Positions 9,402 through 19,892 of a stretch of 64,000 bases of DNA are shown in pieces. The stretch's first letter is position 1; every line of letters starts with the position of its first letter. The notes under the pieces are model-generated. The model was given only the letters and a program-made list of their open reading frames with translations, made no database searches and had not been told where the DNA came from. The DNA comes from an uncultured Candidatus Rokubacteria bacterium. Its GTDB lineage: Bacteria; Methylomirabilota; Methylomirabilia; Rokubacteriales; CSP1-6. Both the position numbers and the translations under genes were made by a program. The stretch covers positions 448,001 through 512,000 of the forward strand of contig CAWBMV010000037.1 of the NCBI GenBank assembly GCA_963789955.1, read 5' to 3'.

Positions 9402-10466
9402 ATGGGGCAGCGAGAGGTTCTGATCGTCGACGACGATCGGCAGGTCCGTGACGTCCTGCACCAGATCTTCCTCGGCGCCGGCTATAAATGCCTCCTCGCC
9501 AACGACGGCCAGGAAGGGGTCGAGGTGTTCCGCGGCGCGATCCGCGAGGCGCGCTCCCCGCTGACCGTCACCGACCTCAAGATGCCGGTCATGGGCGGCA
9601 TCGATCTGCTCCAGCAGGTGCGCCAGGCCGACCCCGACGCCGCCGTCATCGTGCTCACCGGTGCGGCCGACGTGAAGACCGCGATCTCGAGCCTCAAGCT
9701 CGGCGCGTACGACTTCATCATGAAGCCGGTGAACGTCGACGAGCTCCTCATCGCCGCCGATCGCGCGCTCGAGCGCCGCCAGCTCTTGCTGGAGCACCGT
9801 CACTACCAGGAGCTCCTCGAGCGGCGCGTCGAAGAGGCCACGCGTGGGCTGGCACAGCTCAACCGAGAGCTGCAGGATGCCTACCGGACCACCCTCGAGG
9901 CGCTCGGCTCCGCCCTCGACACCCGCGACGTCGGCACCGAATCACACTCGCGCCGCGTCCACGGCTATGCGCTGGCGACCGCGCGCGTGTACGGCGTGCC
10001 GGAGCCGGATCTTCCGGCCCTGGCTCACGGCGTGCTGCTGCACGACATCGGTAAGATCGGGATCCCCGACGGCATCTTGCTGAAACCGGGCCCGTTGACA
10101 GAAGACGAGTGGAAGATCATGCGGCGTCACCCGGAGATCGGCAAGCAGCTGATCGAGAAGATTCCCTTCCTCCAGGGCGCCGTGCCGATCGTCTATTCGC
10201 ACCACGAGAAGTGGGACGGGAGCGGCTATCCGCGGGGCCTCAGGGGCGAGGAGATTCCACTGGGGGCCCGGATCTTCATGGTGGTCGACGCCTTCGACGC
10301 GATCACCTTCGATCGTCCGTACTCGAAGGCCCAGCCCTTCGAGGTCGCCAAGGCCGAGATCAAGCGCTGCTCGGGCAAGCACTTCGACCCCACCGTCGTC
10401 ACGGCGTTCTTCAACGTGCCGGAGACGTTACTCGAGGAGATCCGAAGGAAAAGCGTCGAGCCCTGA
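9402..10466 (+). CDS. Response regulator with HD-GYP phosphodiesterase (RpfG-like)
   Basis: REC domain (VDDD, TDLKMP, KP); LHDIGK; HHEKWDGSGYP. Confidence 0.92.
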   Translation: MGQREVLIVDDDRQVRDVLHQIFLGAGYKCLLANDGQEGVEVFRGAIREARSPLTVTDLKMPVMGGIDLLQQVRQADPDAAVIVLTGAADVKTAISSLKLGAYDFIMKPVNVDELLIAADRALERRQLLLEHRHYQELLERRVEEATRGLAQLNRELQDAYRTTLEALGSALDTRDVGTESHSRRVHGYALATARVYGVPEPDLPALAHGVLLHDIGKIGIPDGILLKPGPLTEDEWKIMRRHPEIGKQLIEKIPFLQGAVPIVYSHHEKWDGSGYPRGLRGEEIPLGARIFMVVDAFDAITFDRPYSKAQPFEVAKAEIKRCSGKHFDPTVVTAFFNVPETLLEEIRRKSVEP

Positions 10467-10477
10467 ACGCGCCGGGC

Positions 10478-12641
10478 TCAGGCCCGCGCGTCCATCCCGA
10501 GCTCTTCACACAGGCGGCGCACCCGCGCGAAGGCCGCCACCAGGTCGTCCTCGGAAAGCCCCAGCTCCAGACCGCGCTTCACGAGCCCGTGCAGGTCGCC
10601 GGCGGCGACGATCGCTTCGTCGCGGCTTCCGGCTTCGGCGAGACGACGGATCGACAGCGCGCGCACCGCGGCGATGCCCTCGAGCGCGCGAACGACCGCC
10701 CCCCGCGTCTCGGCCTGACGCTCCGGGCCGATCGACGTGAAGCGGAGCGCGTGGATCAGCGGGTCGAGCGCTTGTTCGTAGTCGCCCGCATCGAGCCGCC
10801 GGCTCCCGAGCTCCGCGTACCCCCACCAGAGCCGCTGATCGACCTCGTCACGCCGTGTCGGTGGAAGCGCGTCGGAGGGGATCGTCTGGAGCAGGTCCTC
10901 GGCGCGCTGAAGCGCTCCCACCGCCTCGGACTCACGACCCTCCTGCATGCCGAGGATCGCCTGCGCCGTCAGCTGACCGATCTCGCCGCCGAACGTGCCG
11001 GAGATCAGGCCGCGAAACCCGGCGGCGCGCGCCGCCGGCAGCGTGGGATCGTCCAGCGCCTCGTGAAGGATCTGTCGTGCGCCCGAGAACTCCTGCCGCT
11101 GCAGCAGGGACGTCGCGGCCTGTTCGTAGGCCTGCCAGAGCGCCTCGTGCGAGGCCGCGTGCGCGTCGGTCAATGCGGTGTCGGCCGGCACCACCGCCAG
11201 CCCGCGCTCGGTCCACGCGATGGCCGCGCGGGTCAGCGCTATCCGATCGCCCGCGTCGTGGCTCCCGGCTCGCGCGAGCCGCGCCTGGGCGGCCTCGAGC
11301 GCGAGCGTGGCCAGATGGCGGCGATACGTCGACCGCTCGGGCTCCGCGGCCGAGTCGATCGACGATTCGAGCGCCGCATGCGCGCCGTCGTCGTCGCCGA
11401 GCGCTTGTTTCGCGAGCCCGACCACCGACCAGAGCGCCGCGGTCTCGCGTGAAGGACCGGCCGCGGGCTGCCGCTGCATCTCGGCCAGCGCCGGCTCGCC
11501 GGCGGACAGGACCTCGCCGAATCGCTTCTCCTGATACAGCACGAAGCACCGCTCGACCAGCGGTGTGTCTCGACCGAGCGTCGTCTCGCCTCTCGGCCCG
11601 GCGTCCGGAGGCGGCAGCGGGATCCTCGTGGACGCCTCGACCGGAGCCAGTGGTGCGACGTGGCTCGACGGAGGCTCCACGCCGGACCGCTCTTGCGGCC
11701 CAGGACGCAGCACCCGGTGTGGCCGCGCGTGCGGCGAGATCTTGCTCCGGCGCCGCCTCGGCGGCTCCGGAGGCTGCACGGGCTGCGGTGGCTCCACGGG
11801 CTCCTGCGGCGGAGCGACAGGCTCGAAATGACGGTGGAATGCGCACGATCGGTTGCGGCCCGGGCTCGATGATGGGCGGCGCCGGCTCGATCGGCTTCGG
11901 CTCGGCCTCGACCTCGGACGGCACAAGGTCGACCACGGGCTCCGGCTCGAACCACGATGACTCGGGTTCGAGTCGCGGCGACGCGGCCTCGAACGGGGGC
12001 GGCTCGCTCTCGAAACGCGGCGGCTCGGGTTCGTTCGGTGCCGACTCGTGTTCAAACCATGGTTCGCGTCGTGACGGCTCCGGCTCGAATCGAGGTGGAT
12101 CGGCCTCGAACCGCGGTGGCTCGGGCTCGATCGGTTGCGGCTCTGGCTCGATCGTGAGCGGCGTGTCGTCGGCCCGAGCGCGCGCGGGCTCGATCGGCTC
12201 GGGCTCGACCTCGACGGCCGGCGGTGCGATGTAGGCAGGCTCCGGTGGCGCCACGGGCTCCTCGATCGGTTCGGGCGGCGTGGGCGCCGTGAGCGGCTGC
12301 TCGGGCTCCGGAGAGCGTTCCGGAACGACGTATCCGACGGGTCGAAGGGGGCGCATTTCTTCGCGCGGCAACGGAGGCGGCACATAGTCGGCCGGCGGCG
12401 GAAATGCGAATCCGCCGGCCGGTCGCGTGGCAGACGGCGAGTCGACCAGCCTGCGCGGCAGGATGCTCTGAGCCGGGCGCGGGGGCGTGACGGTCAGGGA
12501 CGGACGCGCCGGCGTCGGCTCGACCCCGGAGTGGCGCGGGCGACGCGACCGAGTCGGCCACACCAGCTCGAGGACACCGAGCACGAGCAGCGCGCACGCG
12601 CCAACGACGGCGGCGAGAATGAGCGCTTCTTCACTCAGCAC
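10478..12641 (-). CDS. Membrane-anchored protein with Pro/Glu-rich linker and C-terminal TPR-like helical domain (frameshift near 11830)
   Basis: N-terminal TM, EPEPPRF-type repeats, helical Ala/Leu-rich C-terminal 400 aa. Confidence 0.6.
11880..12210 (-). repeat. Degenerate 21-bp (7-aa, EPEPPRF/IEPEP) coding repeats
   Basis: IEPEPQPIEPEPPRFEADPPRFEPEPSRR..EPEPPRFESEPPPFE..SWFEPEP. Confidence 0.65.
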
Positions 12642-12764
12642 GCGAGGTTAACCCGCCTCAGCACCTACGACCATTGAACCTGGGACATGGTAGTCACGGC
12701 AAGAAGAATTGGTCGAGCCGAACGCCGCGAATTTTAATGCTAGCATGCGAGCAGGAGGACATTC

Positions 12765-13919
12765 ATGCGCCGCGTCGCCGTGATCGGGGTCGGAGTGACG
12801 AAATTCGGGCTGCACGACCGCACCTCGGCCGAGCTTTTCGCCGAGGCCGCGCGCGACGCGCTGACAGACGCCGGCGTGCCCGCGAGCGCCGTCCAGGCCC
12901 TCTACTACGGCAACGTGGTGGGCGGCGAGACCGAGCATCAGCTCCACACCGGGCCTCAGGCGGCCTCCGTCCTGGGCATCCCGACGGTGCCCACGACCCG
13001 CTTCGAGACCGCGTGCGCGAGCTCGCACGCCGCGTTCCGTCACGCCGTGATGGAGATCGCCGCGGGGGTCTCGGACGTCATCCTGGTCGGCGGTGCCGAG
13101 CGCGTGCTGAATGTCTCCACGGCCGAGTCGACCGAGTACTTCGCGTACGCATCCGACGCGGTGTGGGAGCAGCCGCTCGGTCTGACCTTCCCCGGCGTCT
13201 TCGCCCTGATCGCCCGGGCGCACATGCAGAAGTACGGCACGACCGAGGCCCAGATGGCCGCGGTCGCCGTGAAGAACCACCGGCACGGCGCGCTGAACCC
13301 GAAGGCGCAGTTCCAGAAGCCGATCACGATCGAGCAAGTCCTGAAATCCGCCTACGTCGCCGACCCGCTCAAGCTCTACGACTGCTGCCCGTTCTCCGAC
13401 GGCGGCGCGGCGGTGGTCCTCGCCTCCGAGGAGGTCGCGCGCAAGCATCGCAAGCCCGTGTGGGTGCTCGGCTCCGCGGCCGCGTCGGACTGGATGCTGC
13501 TCGGAGACAAGCGCGATCTCTCGCGCGTGCCGGCGACCGAGCGCGCCGCGGCCGCGGCGTACCGGCAGGCCGGGATCGGCCCGTCCGACGTGGACGTCGT
13601 CGAGCTGCACGACTGCTTCACGATCGCCGAGATCGTGGCCACGGAAGGGCTCGGCCTCTTCGAGGCGGGCGCCGGCGGCCGCGCGGCCGAGAAGGGCCTC
13701 ACGGGTCTCGGCGGGGAGATTCCGGTGAACCCGTCGGGCGGGCTGAAGGCCAAAGGCCATCCGATCGGCGCGACCGGCGCCGCGCAGGTGGCGGAGATCG
13801 TGACCCAGCTCCGCGGAGAGGCCGGGCCGCGCCAGGTCGAGGGCGCGCGCAAGGGGCTCACCCACACGCTCGGCGGCAACACCGCGACGGTCCTGGTGAG
13901 CCTCTTCGGCCGTGACTGA
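12765..13919 (+). CDS. SCP-x-type thiolase
   Basis: ETACASS, ELHDCF, NPSGGLKAKGHPIGATG; GGAGG RBS. Confidence 0.92.
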   Translation: MRRVAVIGVGVTKFGLHDRTSAELFAEAARDALTDAGVPASAVQALYYGNVVGGETEHQLHTGPQAASVLGIPTVPTTRFETACASSHAAFRHAVMEIAAGVSDVILVGGAERVLNVSTAESTEYFAYASDAVWEQPLGLTFPGVFALIARAHMQKYGTTEAQMAAVAVKNHRHGALNPKAQFQKPITIEQVLKSAYVADPLKLYDCCPFSDGGAAVVLASEEVARKHRKPVWVLGSAAASDWMLLGDKRDLSRVPATERAAAAAYRQAGIGPSDVDVVELHDCFTIAEIVATEGLGLFEAGAGGRAAEKGLTGLGGEIPVNPSGGLKAKGHPIGATGAAQVAEIVTQLRGEAGPRQVEGARKGLTHTLGGNTATVLVSLFGRD

Positions 13920-14295
13920 GCCGACCATCACCGCCCGCGCGTTCTTCGAGAAGGCGCGCGGAGGACAGCTCACCGCCATTCGCTGCGGCGCGTGCGGCGA
14001 GCTTGCGATGCCCCCCAAGGAGCTGTGCCCGAACTGCCACGCGCATCAGTGGCAGCCGGTGACCCTCGCCGGCGACGGGACGATCGCGAGCTTCACGGTG
14101 ATCCGTGTCGCGCCCCGGGCGCACGCGGCCGACGTGCCCTATGGCGTGGCGGTCGTGCGGTTGAAAGAGGGCGTGTCCATCCTCGGCCGGATCGTCGACA
14201 TTCCGCTCGACCAGCTCACCGTCGGCTTGCCCGTCCGGTTTCGTCCGCTCATCGCGAAGGACCTGACGACGTCGGTCGGCTTCGGGCCTGTCTAG
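13912..14295 (+). CDS. DUF35/ChsH2-like Zn-ribbon OB-fold protein (thiolase partner)
   Basis: CGAC..PPKELCPNC, GTIASFT, overlaps the thiolase stop. Confidence 0.9.
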   Translation: MTEPTITARAFFEKARGGQLTAIRCGACGELAMPPKELCPNCHAHQWQPVTLAGDGTIASFTVIRVAPRAHAADVPYGVAVVRLKEGVSILGRIVDIPLDQLTVGLPVRFRPLIAKDLTTSVGFGPV

Positions 14296-14296
14296 C

Positions 14297-15169
14297 TCAC
14301 GCCTTCTTGGCGTTGCGCGAGTCGAAGTCGGGCCAGAAGCTCCTGACGAAGCGCTCCGCGGTGCCGCCGACCAGACGCTCGCGCACCGATTCGCCGAGGC
14401 CGGCCCGGTCCAAGGTCTGGTAGATCTCCTCGAGCGTGCCGGAGCCCGCGGGATGGTCGGTGCCGAACATGATCCGCTCGCTATGGGGCCCGATACCCTC
14501 GAGGAGCAGACGCTTCTCGGTGTCGTACTCCTTGAGAACGTAGCGCCGGTCCCAGAAGCTCGAGAAGACGTTGGTCATCTCGAGCCACACGTTGTCGTAG
14601 CGCTCGACGATCCGCCAGGCATCGTCGAACCGCGGGAAGAGCGAGTGGGCGAAGACGACTGGTAACGTCGGAAACAACCGCGCGATCTCCTCCATCGTCT
14701 CCGGCGGCAGGCTCAGACCGTAGAACTCTTCGTAGCCCGTGTGGAAGACGACCGGCCGCCGCCAGCGAGCCAGCCGCTCGTAGGCCGGCATCATCCGCGG
14801 ATCCAGCGGATCGAACGACTGGATGAACGGGTGGAACTTGAAGCCGAGAAACCCGTACTCGCCGAGACACCGCTCGACGATCGCGCCCTTGTCCTGGTCG
14901 GCGGCGTTGAGCCCGCCGAACGGAATGATCCACGGGTAGCGCTGGTGCAGCTCGAAGTTGAACCGGTTCACCGGCTCGGTCTCGTCGTCGCGAATCGGAT
15001 AGACGAGATTGAAGATGTAGTCGACCGGGATCGTGTCGTAGTAGGCGATGCACTGCTCGAGCGTCACGCTGCGCGGAATCGGGTGCTCCGGGTAGAACCC
15101 GTGCATCCACTTCATGAGCCCCGCCAGCCGCCGGCGGGGCAAGAGATGCACGTGGCAGTCGATGAGCAC
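14297..15169 (-). CDS. Amidohydrolase_2 family metal-dependent hydrolase
   Basis: IDCHVH, GFKFHP, FHTG, FAH, MFGTDHP. Confidence 0.88.
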   Translation of the reverse strand: MLIDCHVHLLPRRRLAGLMKWMHGFYPEHPIPRSVTLEQCIAYYDTIPVDYIFNLVYPIRDDETEPVNRFNFELHQRYPWIIPFGGLNAADQDKGAIVERCLGEYGFLGFKFHPFIQSFDPLDPRMMPAYERLARWRRPVVFHTGYEEFYGLSLPPETMEEIARLFPTLPVVFAHSLFPRFDDAWRIVERYDNVWLEMTNVFSSFWDRRYVLKEYDTEKRLLLEGIGPHSERIMFGTDHPAGSGTLEEIYQTLDRAGLGESVRERLVGGTAERFVRSFWPDFDSRNAKKA

Positions 15170-15209
15170 GGCTAGGCGAGCTCGAGGAGGCCCGCGGCGA
15201 CGACGGGCA

Positions 15210-15965
15210 TCAGACGGTGGAGTAGCCGCCGCTCACGCTGATCGTCTGCCCGGTGACCCAGCCCGCGAGATCGGAAGCGAGGAACGCGACCAGCGGCGCG
15301 ACGTCCTCGGGCTTGCCGAGGCGGCGGATCGGATAGAACGCGAGGATCCGCTCGCGGTTCTTCGCGATCCACTCCTGGTCGGAGTGCGAGGTCTCGATCC
15401 AGCCGAGCGCGAGGGAGTTCACGGTGATGTTCTGGCGGCCGAGCTCCTTCGCGAGCGTCCGCGTGAGGGACAGCACCGCGCCGCGCGCGCCGGCCGACAC
15501 GCCGAGACGCTGCTGGCCCACGCGCGCCGAGTCGCCGACGATGCTGATGATGCGACCGCCCTTCTGGGCCGCCAGCTTCGGCGCGGCCGCGTGGCAGACG
15601 TTGAAGACGCCGTAGAGGTCGACGTCCACCTGGCGCTTCCACTCTTCGGGCTTCGTCTCGAGAAACAGCTTCGCCTCGACGTAGCCCGCGTTGTTGACGA
15701 CGACGTCGAGACGGCCCAGCTCGGCGACGATGCGGTCGATCATCCGGCCGACGGCGGCGTAGTCGGCCACGTCGGCCTGATAGGCCACCGCGCGACCGCC
15801 CAGCTTCGCGATCTCCGCCACGAGGGATTCGGCGTCGGCCTTCGAGTGCATGTAGTTGACGGCGACGGCGGCGCCTTCGCGAGCCAGGGTCAAGGAGATC
15901 TCGCGGCCGACGTCCCGCCCGCCCCCGGTGACCAGCGCGACCTTCCCGGCGAGCCCGAGATTCAT
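15210..15965 (-). CDS. SDR oxidoreductase
   Basis: VTGGGRDVG, NNAG, RRLGKPEDVA, VTGQTISVSGG; canonical YxxxK is replaced by SAGAR. Confidence 0.88.
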   Translation of the reverse strand: MNLGLAGKVALVTGGGRDVGREISLTLAREGAAVAVNYMHSKADAESLVAEIAKLGGRAVAYQADVADYAAVGRMIDRIVAELGRLDVVVNNAGYVEAKLFLETKPEEWKRQVDVDLYGVFNVCHAAAPKLAAQKGGRIISIVGDSARVGQQRLGVSAGARGAVLSLTRTLAKELGRQNITVNSLALGWIETSHSDQEWIAKNRERILAFYPIRRLGKPEDVAPLVAFLASDLAGWVTGQTISVSGGYSTV

Positions 15966-18330
15966 CGCTTCGCTCCCGGGGCGCCCCCGAGGAGCCGGAA
16001 GAGTCGATCGGGGCTGACCGGCAGCTCGGCGACCTCGATCCCCAGCGGCGACAGGGCGTCCGCGATCGCGTTGGCGATGGCCGCGGGGGCGCCGATGGTC
16101 CCGCCCTCGCCCATGCCGCGGAATCCCCCGAGCGTGACCGGTGACGGCGTCTCCAGATGGTGCACTTCCATCATCGGAACCTCGCACGCCGAGGGCACGA
16201 CGTAGTCCATCAACGTGCCGCTGAGGAGCTGGCCGTGGTCGTCGTAGACGATCTCCTCCAGGAGCGCGGCGCCGATGCCCTGCGCGACGCCGCCGTGAAC
16301 CTGACCGTCCACGATGAGCGGGTTGACCATGCGGCCGCAGTCCTCGACGACGACGTAGCGCAGGGTCTTCACCTCGCAGGTGGCGCGATCCACCTCGACC
16401 ACCGCCACGTGCGTCGCGTTCGAGGCGGTGCCGTAGTACGGATCGTAGAACTTCGTCGCCTCCAGCCCCGGCTCGAGCCCCTTCGGGAGCTGGCGCGCAC
16501 CCGAGTAGGCCGCGCGGGCGATCTGCCGGACCGCCACGCTCCGGTCGCGCATCCCGCGCACGGAGTATCGGCCGTCGACCACCGTGACGTCGGCCGGGTC
16601 GGCTTCGAGCAGATGACCGGCGATCAGCACCATCTTCTCGCGGATCGCTCGGCCGGCGAGGATGGCGGCGCCGCCGGCCAGCACGAGACTGCGGCTCGCG
16701 TAGGTGCCGGTCCCGTAGGGCGAGATCTCCGTATCGCCGTGGAGCACGCGCACGTCCTCGATCGGCACGCCGACTTCGTCCGCCACGATCTGCGCCAGGG
16801 TCGTCTCGAGGCCCTGGCCGTGCGAGGCGACGCCGAACACCGCGGTGACCTTGCCCGCGGGGTCGAAGCGGATCGTCGCCGCCTCGGTCCCGGTCGAGAC
16901 GGGCATGCCCGGCGACACCGGGATCGCGGAGCCGATGCCGGTGAGCTCGACATACGACGCGACACCGATCCCGAGCCAGCGCCCGTCGGCCCGCGCGCGC
17001 GCTTGCTCGTCGCGGGCGGCCTTGTAGTCGAGGGCCTCGCGTGCCTTCACGAGCGAGCCGGTGAAGCTCGACTGTGTCCCACACGATCCCCGACGGGGAC
17101 TTGTAGGGAAAGTCTTCGTCCCGGATGAAATTGCGGAGCCGGATCTCGGTCGGATCGATCCCGAGCCGGCGCGCGGCTCGATCCATCAGGCCCTCGATCA
17201 CGAACACGGCGGGCGGCCGCCCGACGCCACGGTACGGCCCGAGCGGCGCCTTGCAGGTCGCCACGCCGCGCGTCCGCCCCCGATAGGTCGGTACCTTGTA
17301 GGGCCCGGGCAGGAAGCTGATCGTCTGCACCGGCTCGATGGCAGCGGTCCACGGATAGATCGAGTAGGCGCCGACGTCGGCGGTGACCTGCGCGCGAAGC
17401 CCGACGATGGTGCCGTCCGCGTTCAGGCCGAGCTCGGCGTCGACGATCTCGTCCCAGGCGTGCGTGGTCGAGAGCAGGTCCTCGCGGCGATCGCCGATCC
17501 ACTTCACCGGGCGCCCGAGTCGTCGCGCCATCACGCACGTGGCGATCTCCTCGGGGTAGAGCGAAGCCTTGGCGCCGAAGCCGCCGCCCACGTCGTTCGC
17601 GATCACGCGGATCTGGTGCTCCGGCATGCTCAGCAGGTCGGTCAAGATGTCGCGCACGAGACCGGGGCACTGCGCGGACGACCGCAGGGTGAGCGTCTGG
17701 CTGCCGGTCGCGTAGTCCGCGAGGCAGCCGCGGTTTTCCATGCAGACCGGCGTGTGCCGGTGGAAACGAAACCGCTCGCGCACGACGAGCGCCGCGCCGG
17801 CCAGCGCGCCGTCGACGTCACCGCGGGCGAACTCGCGGCTCACGAGCAAGTTCGTCCCGGCGTCCTCGTGCAGCACCGGGCTCGCCGGATCGAGCGCCTC
17901 GTCGGTGTTCTTCACGACCGGCAGCGGCTCGAACTCCACGACGATGTGCTCGACGGCGTCCTCGGCCACGTAGCGGCTCTCGGCCGCGACCATCACGATC
18001 GCCTCACCCACGTGACGCACCTTGCCGAGGGCCAGCGGCGGAAAGCTCGTGGTCTTGACGCTCGGCGTCTTGGACTCGGCGCGCACCGGTTTCGCCGCGC
18101 GCGCGATGTCCTCGCCGGTCAGCACCGCCGCGACGCCGGGCAGCGCGAGCGCCGCCGACGCGATCGATGCGCACGAGGCGGGCGTGGGCGTGCGGCGAGC
18201 GGAGGAAGGCCGCGTAGAGCATCTGCGGCGGACGGTGGTCGTCGACGTAGCTGCCCTGCCCGGTCAGAAGACGGGGATCTTCGCGCCGCGCCACGCGGGC
18301 GCCGACGAGCCGCGGCAGGTTCACTCCCAC
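15962..18330 (-). CDS. Xanthine dehydrogenase/CoxL-family molybdopterin large subunit (frameshifts near 17075 and 18165)
   Basis: [50 protein letters not shown]. Confidence 0.9.
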
Positions 18331-18345
18331 GAGCTCTCTCCGAAC

Positions 18346-18819
18346 CTAGCGCCCGGAGGCGAGGATGGGCGCGGCGGCCCGGACCGCGTTGACGATCCCC
18401 TGATAGCCGGTGCAGCGGCAGAGGACGGCCGAGATGCCCTCGCGGATCTCGCGATCGGTGGGCGACGGGTTCGTGCGCAGGAGGTCGAGCGCGGTCATCA
18501 GCATGCCCGGCGTGCAGAAGCCGCATTGCAGCCCGTGATGGTCGCGGAAGGCCTCCTGCAGCGGGTGGAGCTTGCCGTCGCGCATGAGCCCCTCGACGGT
18601 GGCGAGCTCGGCGCCGTCGGCCTGGACGGCGAGCATGATGCACGAGCGCGCCGCCTCGCCGTTGAACATGATCGTGCACGCCCCGCAGATCCCGTGCTCG
18701 CACCCGACGTGCGTGCCGGTGAGTCCGAGGTCCTCGCGGATGAAGTCGACCAGCAGCTTGCGCGGCTCGCAGCGCCCCTCGTGGGCGACGCCGTTCACTT
18801 TCAAGCGGACCGTCACCAT
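18346..18819 (-). CDS. CoxS-type (2Fe-2S) small subunit
   Basis: GCEHGICGACT, QCGFCTPG, CRCTGY. Confidence 0.95.
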   Translation of the reverse strand: MVTVRLKVNGVAHEGRCEPRKLLVDFIREDLGLTGTHVGCEHGICGACTIMFNGEAARSCIMLAVQADGAELATVEGLMRDGKLHPLQEAFRDHHGLQCGFCTPGMLMTALDLLRTNPSPTDREIREGISAVLCRCTGYQGIVNAVRAAAPILASGR

Positions 18820-18820
18820 G

Positions 18821-19687
18821 TCAGCCACGCGCGACTCCGATCGCCCTCGTGAGGGCGCGCTTCGTGAGCACTCCAGTGAGGTGACGCCGATAGTCGGCCG
18901 AGGCGTGAATGTCGGCGTCGGGATCGACGAGCTCGGTGGCCTTCCGCGCCGCCGCCTCGATCGCCGCCTCGCCCAGCCCCTCGCGCTCCAGAATCTCTTC
19001 GGCGGCGCGTAACCGCACCGGCACGGGCCCGGCCCCGGCGGTGGCGAGACGCGCCAGCTTGCAGCGTTGCCCTTCGCGCACGACCATCGCCGCGATGCCG
19101 ACGATCGCAAAATCGCCGTGGCGTCGCGCGAACTCCTCGAGCGCGTAGCCGGCGCCGGCCGGCATCGCGGGCAGCCGCACCTCGGTGAGGATCTCGTCGG
19201 GCGCCAGATTCGTCGTGAGATACGTCTGGAAGAGATCGGCCGCGCGGATCACCCGCTCGCCCTTGGCGCCGCGCGCCACCACTTCCCCGTCGAGCGCCGC
19301 CAGCACCGCCGGGTATTCGGCCGACGGATCGGCGTGGGCGATCGAGCCGCCGATGGTGCCGCGCGTGCGAATCGGCAGGTGCCCGACCCAGCGCGTGGCC
19401 TCTTTCAGGAGCGGCACCCGCTGGGCGACGACCGGTGAGAACTCGATCGTCCGCTGCCGGGTCATCGCGCCGAAGCGAACCTGGCCGTTCTCCTCGCGGA
19501 TGTAGGCGAGCGACGCGATCCGGTTCAGGTCGACGAGCGCGGCCGGGCGCGCTAGTCGGAAGTTGAGCAGCGGCATCAGGCTCTGGCCGCCGGCCAACAC
19601 CTTGGCGTCGCCGCCGTAACGGCCCAGCGCCGCGAGCGCCTCGTCGAGGCTCGCCGGAGCGTGGTACTCGAACTTGGGTGGTTTCAT
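18821..19687 (-). CDS. CoxM-type FAD-binding medium subunit
   Basis: MKPPKFEYHAP, AGGQSL, RGTIGGSIAHADP, RRHGDFA, ASADYR. Confidence 0.95.
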   Translation of the reverse strand: MKPPKFEYHAPASLDEALAALGRYGGDAKVLAGGQSLMPLLNFRLARPAALVDLNRIASLAYIREENGQVRFGAMTRQRTIEFSPVVAQRVPLLKEATRWVGHLPIRTRGTIGGSIAHADPSAEYPAVLAALDGEVVARGAKGERVIRAADLFQTYLTTNLAPDEILTEVRLPAMPAGAGYALEEFARRHGDFAIVGIAAMVVREGQRCKLARLATAGAGPVPVRLRAAEEILEREGLGEAAIEAAARKATELVDPDADIHASADYRRHLTGVLTKRALTRAIGVARG

Positions 19688-19756
19688 TGTAGCGGGGTCC
19701 TCGAGGTCGGCTTGGACCGAGGGTGGCCTGAGAGAGGTGCGAGTGGCTCCGACACG
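19684..19756 (-). repeat. Dispersed ~73-bp element, copy B (includes putative RBS and ATG of the coxM-like gene)
   Basis: Reverse complement is about 89% identical to 2308-2379. Confidence 0.85.
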
Positions 19757-19892
19757 CCCGTTCTCCCGTCGCACTCCGAGTTGTGGCTCCGACACGCCCG
19801 TTCTGACGGTTGCGTTTCGAGTCGTGGCTCCGACACGCTCGTTCTCACCGTCGCACTCCGAGTTGCGGCTCCGACACGCCGTTCTCACCGTT
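19743..19892. repeat. Intergenic tandem repeat, ~41-bp unit, about 3.7 copies
   Basis: Units G(T/C)GGCTCCGACACGC..GTTCT... start at 19743, 19783, 19824 and 19865. Confidence 0.9.

Noticed and set aside
19743..19892. Possible mini CRISPR array
   Set aside because: The variable parts are only ~19 bp and similar to each other, there are no cas genes and no leader; it is a tandem repeat
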